Below, piece after piece: positions 35,558 through 46,881 of a stretch of 49,605 nt of DNA (the first letter of the stretch is position 1; the number at the start of each line of letters is the position of its first letter). The position numbers and the translations under genes were made by a program. The notes beneath the pieces were generated by a model. It saw only the letters and a list, made by a program, of their open reading frames with translations. It ran no database searches and was not told where the DNA came from. The DNA comes from Octopus bimaculoides (taxonomy: Eukaryota): NCBI RefSeq assembly GCF_001194135.2, contig NC_068985.1:85708828-85758432 (forward strand), written 5' to 3'.

Positions 35558-35637
<80 letters not shown>
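35531..35637. repeat. (AAT)n directly joined to (ATT)n: palindromic microsatellite
   Basis: Symmetry centre 35591/35592; 46-bp arms with one mismatch (G at 35557). Confidence 0.95.
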
Positions 35638-35817
35638 GATGATGATGTTATTATCTCACGTGCTAACAAATCCTAGTATTTGTTAAACAATCCACATATA
35701 TGTAACTTTGATATATTTATATTTTTCACTTAAATATATTTAAAAAATAAATTTTGCGCATAAAAATCTGCTTGACACATTTTTATGATTAGAAAAATTC
35801 CTGAGATATTTTATATT

Positions 35818-35947
35818 TACAGTGTTGTGAAGATTGGTGATATATACAGTGTTGTGACTAAAGCTTGATGATATAGTTCATACATACAGTGAAGTGGCTA
35901 AAGTTTAGTTAATATGTACAGTGTTGTGACTAAAGATTGGGTAAATA
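35818..35947. repeat. Irregular minisatellite, 4 units starting tacagtgttgtga(ctaa)ag
   Basis: tacagtg starts at 35818, 35846, 35885 and 35917, with variable tails. Confidence 0.75.
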
Positions 35948-36039
35948 TTTTTATTGAAACAAAAGGTGACATGGCTGGGTGGAAGTAAAAAATTGAGGCA
36001 TAGGTGACTGCCACGTCAAAACTATTTTAGGTGGTGCTT

Positions 36040-36220
36040 TGTTGATGTTGTTTAAATCTGACTGAGTGGACTTATGATTAAAGCTATCCTAACCATGACC
36101 ATCCCACCTTTTTTTTAAGACCTAAAGTTTCTATGACTACATTACTTAATGTCTTCTCTTTTTTAAGGACTGTAGAATGCAATTTGAAAGAGATTTGGCT
36201 GCTGTTTCTAGCAGATTGAT
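36040..36220 (+). mobile_element. Dispersed repeat family E
   Basis: atgattaaagctatcctaaccatgaccatccc ... atttgaaagagatttggctgctgtttctagcagattga. Confidence 0.6.
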
Positions 36221-36344
36221 TAAGTTGGTAAATCTCTTTCTATTTCTAATAACATAATTGAAGGAGAAAGACTAGAGATCATCATCCATTTTTCCTTTGG
36301 TCTTTGTAACCTTGACAACAAATTGTCAATAGATCTTGATGTTG

Positions 36345-36579
36345 AAGGCAGGGGGAGCTGGCAGAAATGTTAGCTTGAGGGGCGAAATGCTTAGCAGTAT
36401 TTTGTCTGCTTTTACGTTCTGAGTTCAAATTCCGCCAAGGTCGACTTTGCCTTTCATCCTTTCGGGGTCTATAAATTAAGTACCAGTTATACACTGGGGT
36501 CAATATAATCGACTTAATCCCTTTGTCTGTCCTTGTTTGTCCCCTCTATGTTTAGCCCCTTGTGGGCAATAAAGAAATA
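36345..36579 (+). mobile_element. Young SINE family A variant with a 14-bp TSD
   Basis: Retains CpGs (ttccgccaaggtcgactttgcctttcatcctttcgggg). agatcttgatgttg is duplicated exactly at 36331-36344 and 36580-36593. Confidence 0.92.
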
Positions 36580-38742
36580 AGATCTTGATGTTGTTCAAAA
36601 ATATGTTATGAGGTCTTTGTGAGCAAGCTACATCCTTTTAGACCAAGATGGACTTGGTCATTCAATAAATAGTGATTGGTGAAGTACTGGGGTTAATTTG
36701 ACCAACTAAAGTCCCCAAAATGGTGCCCCAGCAAGGCCCTAATACAAAAGAAAGCTTATATTATGAACTAAGATGTAGCTGGAAGTGTGTACTCTCTCTC
36801 TCTGAAGTGTGAAGACTGAAGAAATTTGTGAGAAACACCAGGAAACAATGAAAGCATCTTAGATTGATGTGGGTGGAGATAACACCAGCATATGGTGGTG
36901 CTCCAGCATGGCCACAGCCTTAGGGCTTAAACGTATAAAAGAATAAAAGAATATGAATCAGAGAAAACAAAGTTGAAGGTGGTCTTCACAAAATTTCAAA
37001 TTGAAAGATAGAATTAAATACTCTAAATACATCAAGTTCATCATTTTAGGTAAAAAAAAAGAGTTAAAAAAAAAGTTTACCCCCCCCCCCCCCTCTCATT
37101 AACACAAATCAATAAATTTACAAAGATAAACTTCATTAAACTAATCCCCAAAATAATATAGTTTAGAACTACATAAGCTTTTCCTATTGCATCGTTGACT
37201 TTAAACAAAACAGAGACAAACTATTTTTCTCCCGTTCCATGCATCACTGTGTGGTTAACAAACTCCCTTTGCAATCATAAAGTCCCATGTTCAACCCAAA
37301 CTGTCCCCACACTTGGGTTTGGCCAATGCATTGTAAGGGAAATTTGGTGAAGCTCATTGAATGTGTGTGTGTGTGTGCATGTGCATGTGTGTGTGTACAT
37401 ACATGTGCATGTGTGCGCGCCTCTGTAAATCAGTATCACTACCTTGTGATGTTTAACCTTTCCAATGAAAAGTAACTCTAAAAGTGATGAAAGTCAAGGT
37501 AGACTTAACCATTTGCTAAACAGAGATCAGTAAAATGGGTTCCAGATGAAGTATTGAAGTGAACACAACTAAAAGTTGTTAAAGATGTGGCCCCAGCATG
37601 GCTGCAGTCTCATGATGGTAATTAGTAACAGAAAAGAAGTAATCTATCTACCAAATAATGGCCTATTATCTTAATTATTCAATTCTGATTAGTCTAGGAT
37701 TGCTCGTTATTTCTTTCTTTTTAATGAGATCAGTCTAGATGACATGCTGTCTGACAGTTCTTTTGTCATCACAGACTGTTATGATGACAATCTCTTATAG
37801 AATCAAATGACACAAAGACATGAACAACTTAATTAAATCTCAAAACTTTGCTCTCAACAACTGGAGCAGATTTTCCTTTTTTTTTTTTTTCCAATTTTTC
37901 TTAGTCTCAGCCATATTAAATTCTCTCTGGTGAAATTGATCAATTCTCATTGCTAAGGCCACATCTGACCAAATAATAACCACAGTTGGCCTCTGATAAG
38001 TAAAAATGAACACCACTCAATAATTTAGTCTTACTTCATAAGCAATTCTCATGTGTAAATATAAATGTAAATTATAAATAATTTGGAGAAATAAAAATAA
38101 GTTATAAAGAAGGTTGGGGCTGTTTACTCTATTGCCAGTGTTCAAACCAAAATTTCTCCAGTTTTTCTCTCGAAACATTGTCTTTTAAAACATTCTCGCA
38201 TGTGGGCATCAGTGAGGTGAGGGCTTGTTAAGAACCTGCTCAGAACCAGTCATTCTCTGTTTTACATCTATCTCACCATGCTTGCATGAGTTAGGTGAAT
38301 GCATATAACTAAAGCATTGTCTTACAGCCAAATACCCTTCCTGTTGCTCATCCTTGTCTGTTGGGGATTTATCCCTCTATCGTCTCTGAAATAGGTGGGA
38401 CTAGCAGAGGCTTTGTTGAGTGGGATTATAAATGTGAAAAATATTTGATGTTAATGGAAAAGACAGTCAAGGATTTCCTTAACGGTTCCTTTCCTTCTGA
38501 TTTATAAAAAAATAACAAATAAACCAAATTTAAATTCAGGTTTATTAATACCTAAAATACAAACCATTCAACCATGAGATATTGACTCTGTTTAGTTGAT
38601 GTGTGGTACATAAATTCCATCTAGAATGATGATCCAAGACATTCAGAAGATGTATCAAGATCACCTTCATAAAAATGGTGGTGGTNNNNNNNNNNGGGGG
38701 GGGGGGGGGAATAAATAAAAAATAATAACAAACAAATCTTTT

Positions 38743-39088
38743 TTCTCTTTTACTTCTTTCAGTAATTGGACTGTGACCAAGCTGGGGCATGCTTTGAAGG
38801 GTTTCATCAAACTTAGAACTTATTTTTTAAAGACTGGTTATTATTCTAATGGTCTCTTTTGCCAAACTATTAAGTTATAGGGTCATAAACAAACCAACAC
38901 TAGCTGTCAAGTGGTAGGGGTGGGGGACAAATACAAGCACTCATACATGATGAACTTCTTTCAGTTTCCATCAATCACATTCACTCACAAGGCATTTATC
39001 AGCCTAGGGATAAAATGGAAGACACTTGTCACAGTAGGACTGAATCTAGAACCATGTGGTTGGGAAGTAAACTGTTTACCACACAGAT
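38743..39088 (-). mobile_element. SINE family B, near full length, diverged
   Basis: Colinear with 46038-46454. Confidence 0.8.
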
Positions 39089-39688
39089 ATGTATCTAAAA
39101 TGAAATTTTAATCTTATATTTGTATTCTTTTTAAGAAAATACCCATTTCCCCACCCACCAATATATGTATTTATTCAATTTTATTCATTTATTAATAAGT
39201 TGTTAATTATTATAAATTAATATTGGTTTACATAGTTATTCTAAATTACTTTTGTAATCAGTAAATATTGCCAAAGTCTTTGTAACAGTTGGTGTGTATA
39301 ATATTCTTAATTTTTCTGTGAGAAGCTAAAAAGAAGAGATATCAGAAAAAAGTTACATAAATTAAGATCTTCATTTTGGAAAGATATATCTTAATACATG
39401 TCATACTTCTGACAGTAACACCAACAAAGATATTAGTGCTAAGCTGCAATACCTTCAAAGTGGTGACGTTTTTTTAATTTGATATCATTGCTAGAATGGA
39501 GAAATAGAGCCTTACATGTATGAATAGCAGCCAGTCTTTTCCAAAAATACCTTGCTTAAGCCTTTGTCTGCAGGTTAATAGTTAAACCTGATTGACAGGG
39601 GACCTAAAAGCGCAATATTTCAACCAATTAGGAGCAAAACTGAGCAAAACAATTCACAACGTAGACATTTGTATTTACTTTATAAATT

Positions 39689-39888
39689 AGTTTCAAATTT
39701 TGACACAAGGCCAGCATTTTCTGGGGAGGGCATGAGTTGATTATATCGATCAAGGTGCTCAACTGGTACTTTTTTTTATTGTCCCTGGAAGGATGAAAGA
39801 CAAAGTCAACCTCAATGGAATTTGAACTCAGAACATAAATACAAATGCATTTTGCCAAGTGCAGTAACAACTCTGCTAGTTCACTGCT
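39689..39888 (-). mobile_element. SINE family A
   Basis: gtttcaaattttgacacaaggccagc..gctcaactggtac..ggaaggatgaaagacaaagtcaacctc..gaatttgaactcagaac. Confidence 0.85.
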
Positions 39889-40750
39889 TTGCATTCATCT
39901 TATATATTAAGATATGTGAAATATACAAAGAACTTTAATGAGATTGTAATATATAGATTATAACTTTCTCCATACAATTGACTTTTTGATGGGGGTCGGC
40001 TATGGTTCATCTCTTTTGATTTAGCATCTCATTTTTCTTTATGCTAGCTTTTGTCACTTTTATAAGAAATAGTTCCAGCTATCTTTGAGCATTAGCATGT
40101 CTGCTTCACTCGAAGAGATTTCCTTCCTTCTCAATGACATTTTCGTACAGCCTCACCACTTCTTCCATTTCGAAATTCCTCACACTTTTACATCACACAT
40201 ATTCATGAATCACAGCTGCACAACTTTATTTCTTCTGGTTTGCACCAAACCTCATTTCCTTCTTCACACCAGATTTCTTTATTTTATCTTTTTACATTTG
40301 GCTTTCTTCACCTTTCATACCTCCATTCTTGTTGCCAGATTTAGCTTTCTTTGACTCTTCATTCACAATCATATTGAAAACCATATTTTCGATTCCATGA
40401 AGATCGCTTCAAAAGTATCATCTCATTCCACTAAACATATCAATTATATTCAATGCAATACAGAAACGAGATTCAAATAATCCAACTAACAGAATTAGAT
40501 TTAATAATGCATTTAACTAGATTTTCTTTTCGCTCTAACCTCATATTAACAAATTATCACAGCTATTTCGTTATGCACTTTCATTCATCAATAAATTATG
40601 AAGATAAATTACTAATATATACTGTTATTAAATTATTCCACTCTCACATGTAAACTTTGTTCAATAAAATGCATATTTAAAGCTATATTTACCAATAGTT
40701 ATAATTTTTTGTCTGCAGTGTGGTTTCTCTTGCAGAAATACCAATGTCTG

Positions 40751-40780
40751 ACTTACCTGGAAAAAGAAAAAAAAAGAAAA
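40751..40780 (-). other. Back-to-back 3' and 5' splice sites (Y22-CAG|GTAAGT); junction 40757/40756
   Basis: Minus strand TTTTCTTTTTTTTTCTTTTTCCAG|GTAAGT. Confidence 0.6.
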
Positions 40781-41471
40781 TTATTTTAAATGAACAAGTG
40801 ATAATTGCTGTAATAATCAGAATCAAGTAACATCTACAAAAGGAAGAAGACAAAAGCAAGAAAAAAATAACAAAACAGTTTTTTAAAAAAAAAAAAACAT
40901 TAATTAACATTTCAATTTAATTCAGCTTCAAGTAGCAACGACTACAGAATTAGTTTGAAGAAGTAAAAAGAAAGAATAAGTAAATAAATAAAATGAGAAA
41001 AAAAACAAAAAAACAAAATGTAAAAAGTAATTTCAGATGAGAACCACTAAGAATAATTTATTTTAAATTTGTAACATTTGTTTAATTTTGAGCTAAGTAA
41101 AATTACAAATCATTACCAAACTAGTTAAAGAGGATGACGAGAGGAATAAGTAACCTTTAATAGAGAGAAAACATTTAATTGATGATGTCTGTGGGTGAGG
41201 AAGGAATCCGAACAATCGAGCAATCACTGTTGAGCACTATTAACCTTTCACACAAGATCTACTTATTCACTCTCGTTCATTTGGTTTTATAATTTAGACC
41301 CGGGGCAGCTCTGATTGGACATTTCAGTGAAACATATACAATTTCAAATATTACACATCACCATCCACGGCAAACGAAATGTGTACATTTTTCCAAAAAG
41401 ATCTTTTTTTCTCCATTAGGGGCCATCAAAAGCATAACTTTCCCAAATGATCTCACATTTTCTTTTATATT

Positions 41472-41630
41472 TTATCTTTTACTTGTTTCAGTCATTAAAC
41501 AGTGGTCATTCTGGGGCAAACTTTGAAGAATTTTTTAGTTGAATGAAACTTGGTATTATTTTATCAGTCTCTTTAGCCAAATTGCTAAGTTACAGGGACA
41601 TAAACACAGACATAAAGACACAGACACACA
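41472..41630 (-). mobile_element. SINE family B 3' half
   Basis: cttttacttgtttcagtcatt...ctctttagccaaattgctaagttacagggacataaacac. Confidence 0.75.
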
Positions 41631-41662
41631 TAATGTGTGTGTGTGTATATGTAGATATATTA

Positions 41663-41694
<32 letters not shown>

Positions 41695-42649
41695 NNNNNN
41701 NNNNNNNNNNNNNNNNNNNNNNNNNNNNNNNNNNNNNNNNNNNNNNNNNNNNNNNNNNNNNNNNNNNNNNNNNNNNNNNNNNNNNNNNNNNNNNNNNNNN
41801 NNNNNNNNNNNNNNNNNNNNNNNNNNNNNNNNNNNNNNNNNNNNNNNNNNNNNNNNNNNNNNNNNNNNNNNNNNNNNNNNNNNNNNNNNNNNNNNNNNNN
41901 NNNNNNNNNNNNNNNNNNNNNNNNNNNNNNNNNNNNNNNNNNNNNNNNNNNNNNNNNNNNNNNNNNNNNNNNNNNNNNNNNNNNNNNNNNNNNNNNNNNN
42001 NNNNNNNNNNNNNNNNNNNNNNNNNNNNNNNNNNNNNNNNNNNNNNNNNNNNNNNNNNNNNNNNNNNNNNNNNNNNNNNNNNNNNNNNNNNNNNNNNNNN
42101 NNNNNNNNNNNNNNNNNNNNNNNNNNNNNNNNNNNNNNNNNNNNNNNNNNNNNNNNNNNNNNNNNNNNNNNNNNNNNNNNNNNNNNNNNNNNNNNNNNNN
42201 NNNNNNNNNNNNNNNNNNNNNNNNNNNNNNNNNNNNNNNNNNNNNNNNNNNNNNNNNNNNNNNNNNNNNNNNNNNNNNNNNNNNNNNNNNNNNNNNNNNN
42301 NNNNNNNNNNNNNNNTAGATGGGATGGAGATATCCTTCAAAGATGAATTCTAAAACAGTCGCTCAATCCTACCTGTAAATTCCATAAACAACGAAAAATT
42401 GAAAGTTAAATACAAACAACAAACGTTAATTATAAATTAGAAAATTATAAATTTTAATTATTAATTTTTCTCTATGTGATAGTGGATTTTCATCAATGAG
42501 TTCTTGAAAATTGGTTATTTTCCCTAAAACTATATACTATATATACTTTATCTGTAAGGCTCAATTTAATTTTAATTTTTTATAAATTGATTTTAATTGA
42601 GTTTTTTACCTGTAATTTTGGATTTTGTCCCTAATATTATTATATATAC

Positions 42650-42701
<52 letters not shown>

Positions 42702-42855
42702 ATATGTATTTTCAAGTTCTGTCAACCAAATCCACTCACAAGGCGTTGGCTTCAAATTCTGGCACAAGGTCAGTAAATTCAGGTGAGAAGGTAAGTCAAT
42801 TACAGTGGGTAATTGACAACAACAACAACAACAACAAAAGATGACAAGGGTAAGA

Positions 42856-43292
42856 AAGGGGTACTTATAACTGTGAAACAAATCCAGTGATGACATCAAA
42901 ATGGAATTTGACCTTTTGACAAACGTGCAAAAGTTTTGTTCAAAATGTGATAAGCTGAGAGCTACTAATACCAGGACCCAACTTGATCATGATACATCTG
43001 CCAAGGACCTGGACGAAGAAAGTTTTTATAAGTATCTTGGGATATATGAAGGAAAAGGGATTCAACACAGATCAATGAAAGAGAAGATCAGGAAAGAATA
43101 TTATGTGTTTGAATGGTCTTGAATACTGAGCTGAACTCCCAGAATAGAATTGCAGCTATAAACTCACTGGTGATACCTGTTGTCCAGTGTGGTCTTAATG
43201 TCATCAATTGGAATCAGAGTGATATCCAGTGTATGGACATTAAGACCAGGAAGCTGCCGACACTAAGCAGGATACATCACCCAAAATCAGGT
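42856..43292 (+). mobile_element. R4/Dong-type LINE, RT C-terminal/thumb fragment
   Basis: DDIKMEF-LDK-AK ... DEESFYKYLGIYEGKGIQHRSMKEKIRKEYY / VLNTELNSQNRIAAINSLVIPVV..INWNQSDIQCMDIKTRKL..HHPKS across frameshifts. Confidence 0.88.
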
Positions 43293-43617
43293 TGAAGATC
43301 CATTGAGGAAAGCTGAGTAGAAACATTTGGTGTGAGGGAAGTTAGAACCATATATGGTATAAGAGAAAATGGTGGTGGGGGAAAAAGAAATCTCCAAAGA
43401 CAGACAGACACACACATTGTGTATGTGTGTGTGTATTTGCTTATGTATAAAACAATGCATTGAGATGAAACTCTTTACATCAACAGCCAACTTCATAATT
43501 TGGTAAGTGATTAATAAAATTAGCACCTGACTGATATCCTTTTAAGGCTGTGCCCCAGCTGGCCATAGTATAATGAGTGGAACCAGCAATGTATATACCT
43601 ATATCTATGTATGTACG

Positions 43618-43648
<31 letters not shown>

Positions 43649-43661
43649 CTATCTATCTATA

Positions 43662-43705
<44 letters not shown>

Positions 43706-43809
43706 CACACACACACACACACAAATGCATGCAAATGATGTTCCAAAAATATGCCAATATTTTAACACATCTCTTTATTGAAAATACCTTGCAGACTTTT
43801 GAGACTTAC

Positions 43810-43870
43810 GGTCGACACTATGAACCAAAATGAATGAATAAGTGCACAGTTATAGAACATTAAAATAGTG
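43810..43870 (-). CDS. Candidate 61-nt exon of an unidentified minus-strand gene; possible start MFYNCALIHSFWFIVST (signal-peptide-like)
   Basis: Acceptor gtatctttctccatacag, donor ACC|gtaagt, one open frame, ATG at 43860-43858. No homology recognised. Confidence 0.3.
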
Positions 43871-46037
43871 CTGTATGGAGAAAGATACACATATCCCATG
43901 ACATTGACAACAGACTTCTTGGATTCTCGATATTGCCATTAGCATCATTGAAAAGTTTCTCACAGAGATAAGAATCAAATCATTTCTTATATGATTACCA
44001 TTTGAAGTTAGAAGAAACCGTGTGTTATTTTGCATCTTATTCACATTGATTCTCTTCTCTCGTTTTGTTTTGTTGTTTGCGTTGACGTTTATTTAACTGT
44101 AACAATTTTGTGATGGATGATTTATGTTATGTCTAAGAAATGGAAAATGCGATTAACTTTCATTATTTGTTGCTTTTTGAACAAAAAAGAAATTGTATAT
44201 ATAATAATGATATTAAATTTTCATTTATCTGCTACATTAGAAATTATTCATTTACTGGCATTTATCAATAACTGTTAGCAAATTATCACAAACGTGTGAC
44301 ACCTTCCGTCTTACGATAAGCTGATAAAATTTAATGAAAGGCAAAAAAAAAAAAAGAATAAAAACTACAAAAAAAAAAATTAAAATTAAAGAAGTAAAAA
44401 TAGAAACCGAAAATGAAACATGATAAAAATGAAGATTTCATATTTTTATTGATAACTTATGAAAAATAAAAATAAGATGAAAAACACAAAATCATATCTA
44501 AAAATGATTTGTAAAAGAATTTTACTTGAGTGAATAAAAATGATTGATATTCGCTATATTGTGATTGATTGAATATGAATAAAGTAAAATCATAAGAATC
44601 ATCAGCAAGAATTAAAAATAATTACAAGAAAAATAAGCATTGCAAAACCTGTGTTTGGCTGTTTTCTTGAAGCATGGAATGGAAATTGTGGGTGTTTTAT
44701 ATCGAAAGTAGAGAAAGTTTGTTTTGTTTGTTTTTTGCTCTTGAATTAAGTCTTATTTGATGAAAGAATTGATTGGTTTGTTACAATTTATTGACCAAAA
44801 GGTAGTTTGTGCTTGAAGAAAAAATTGTTATGAAAAACAAGACAGAAATCAAAATAAATACAGCCAAATTGGAATGGAAATAGATTTTGAAGAAAAATTA
44901 TTCAAAATTGTAATAAAACGAAGCTTAACATCCGTAAAAGTGTTCTTATGCATGAAAAATTTGATAAATTGTATCAATAGATCTCAGGATTACAACATGG
45001 TGAGCAAAACAGAAATCTTGTTGAATACCTATACAAACAAGTTGAGAATCAAGAAAAAGAAACCAAAAAAATATTTGCTGTAACCTGGAGCCAAGCTTAA
45101 TGAGAAAATTCTTGCAGAAGTAATGGAAATATTCAATTATTTTATTGTAAACATTTTCTGTGGCATCACATTAAGGAGATGATAAGTTGTTGAAGTATAG
45201 AGTCCACGATAGCTTGAATTCCTTGTTCTTGTTAGTTTTACTTCAAATAGTTTCATATACGTCTTAAAAAAATACAACTGTTGTTTTCTCTTCTTCCAGA
45301 AGTCAACAGTCTGAGATGTTTCTAAGAAAGCAGAACAAAGAAACCGGTTATACAGCACAGGTTTCATTGCTCTGTTGTCAATCTGTTGCTGGATAAAATT
45401 CTTTGCATGACATTGATTGCTTCTCTAACCTGGATGAAGGCTTACCCTGCCCATTACAAGTTGGGGCAAAATGCTTCTGTAGTCAGAGGAGCAGTCCTGA
45501 CCAAACAGCATTTACTTATTACACTAACATGACATAAATAAAATATTTGTTGACAGAAACAGTCTTTGCTATTATAATTTATGGCAATTCTGAACTCCAT
45601 TAACTCTTTCAATACCAATTTGTTTGAGACTGTGTCTTGTTTGATAATATCAAGTCATTTAGTCCAAGAACAACTCTATTAAGTTGTGTTCAGCCATTTA
45701 ATTAGGACAAAATTAACGTGTACCAAAACTAGGGCAGGTAAAGCATATGATGATGATGATGATGATGGTTATATATGAATCAGTATTTATGCTTAGACTG
45801 GTCAGAATATTTTTGATGTCTTCAATATTTATTGAAACAATGTATTTTCTTTGAATATGGTCATGATAGGGTTAAATACCTGAGTCCTGATCCAGGTATT
45901 TTCTTACTGCAGAATAAGACAATTAACCAATCCTCTGTTCTGTTAACGACATAATTGAACTTTTGTAATGTTGAGTCCTTTCATATTTCTACCATAAAAA
46001 ATAAATTCCTTTAATGTTTGTAAATCTTGTGTCATTA

Positions 46038-46454
46038 TACTCTTTTACTCTTTTACACATTTCAGTCATTTGACTGTGGCCATGTTGGAGCACTGCTTTT
46101 ACTCAAACAAATCGACCCTAGGACTTATTTGTTGTAAGCCTAGTACTTATTCTATTGGTCTTTTTTGCCAGACTGCTTAGTTTCGTGGACATAAACACAC
46201 CAACATAAGTTGTCAAGCGANNNNNNNNNNGGGGGGGGGACAAACACAGACACAAAGACACACACAAATAAAGATATAAATATATATATTTACATGATGG
46301 GCTTCTTTTCAGTTTCCATCTACCAGATCTACTCACAAGGCTTTGGTCAGTGTGAGGATACAGTAGAAGACACTTGTCCAAGGTGCAGTGCAGTGGGACT
46401 GAACCTGGGACCATGTGGTCGGGAAGCAAGCTTCTTATCACACAACCACGCCTG
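46038..46454 (-). mobile_element. SINE family B, full length (contains a 10-N gap)
   Basis: Tail tactcttttactctttta, cagtcatttgactgtggccatg, gggcttcttttcagtttcc, head gggactgaacc..accatgtgg..cacacaaccacgcc. Confidence 0.88.
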
Positions 46455-46455
46455 T

Positions 46456-46650
46456 GATTGGCATTAGGAATTAAATCCAGCTACAAGAACCATGCTATAA
46501 GAACAAATGACACATACAAGCACGTAATCTTTGGTACCAGTCACTCCTGATGGGAGGTAACTCAGACTGTAACAGTCTGTCCAACCCATGACAGCATGGA
46601 AAATGGGCATAAATATACAGGTGATGACAGTGGTGATGATGATGATGATG
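46456..46650 (+). mobile_element. Family C tail fragment
   Basis: gattggcattaggaa...atccagct ... gtccaacccatgacagcatggaaaatggg..(gat)n. Confidence 0.65.
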
Positions 46651-46831
46651 AAGAAACATTACACTTCACTTGTTAACCTAGCAGTCAATAGAATGCTGGA
46701 AGAGTGAAGCTATCCGTACAGTAAGCTAATTATACAAAAAGTCTGCTTCAGCAGTAAATATAATGATTTAAATTTAAAACCTAACTAAAGTATTCTTATA
46801 CATTTGAAACAGATCAAAAGAACAATGCACA

Positions 46832-46881
<50 letters not shown>

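Noticed and set aside
44227-44330. Cluster of five GATA-type sites
   Set aside because: WGATAR is frequent in DNA this AT-rich, and there is no independent support.
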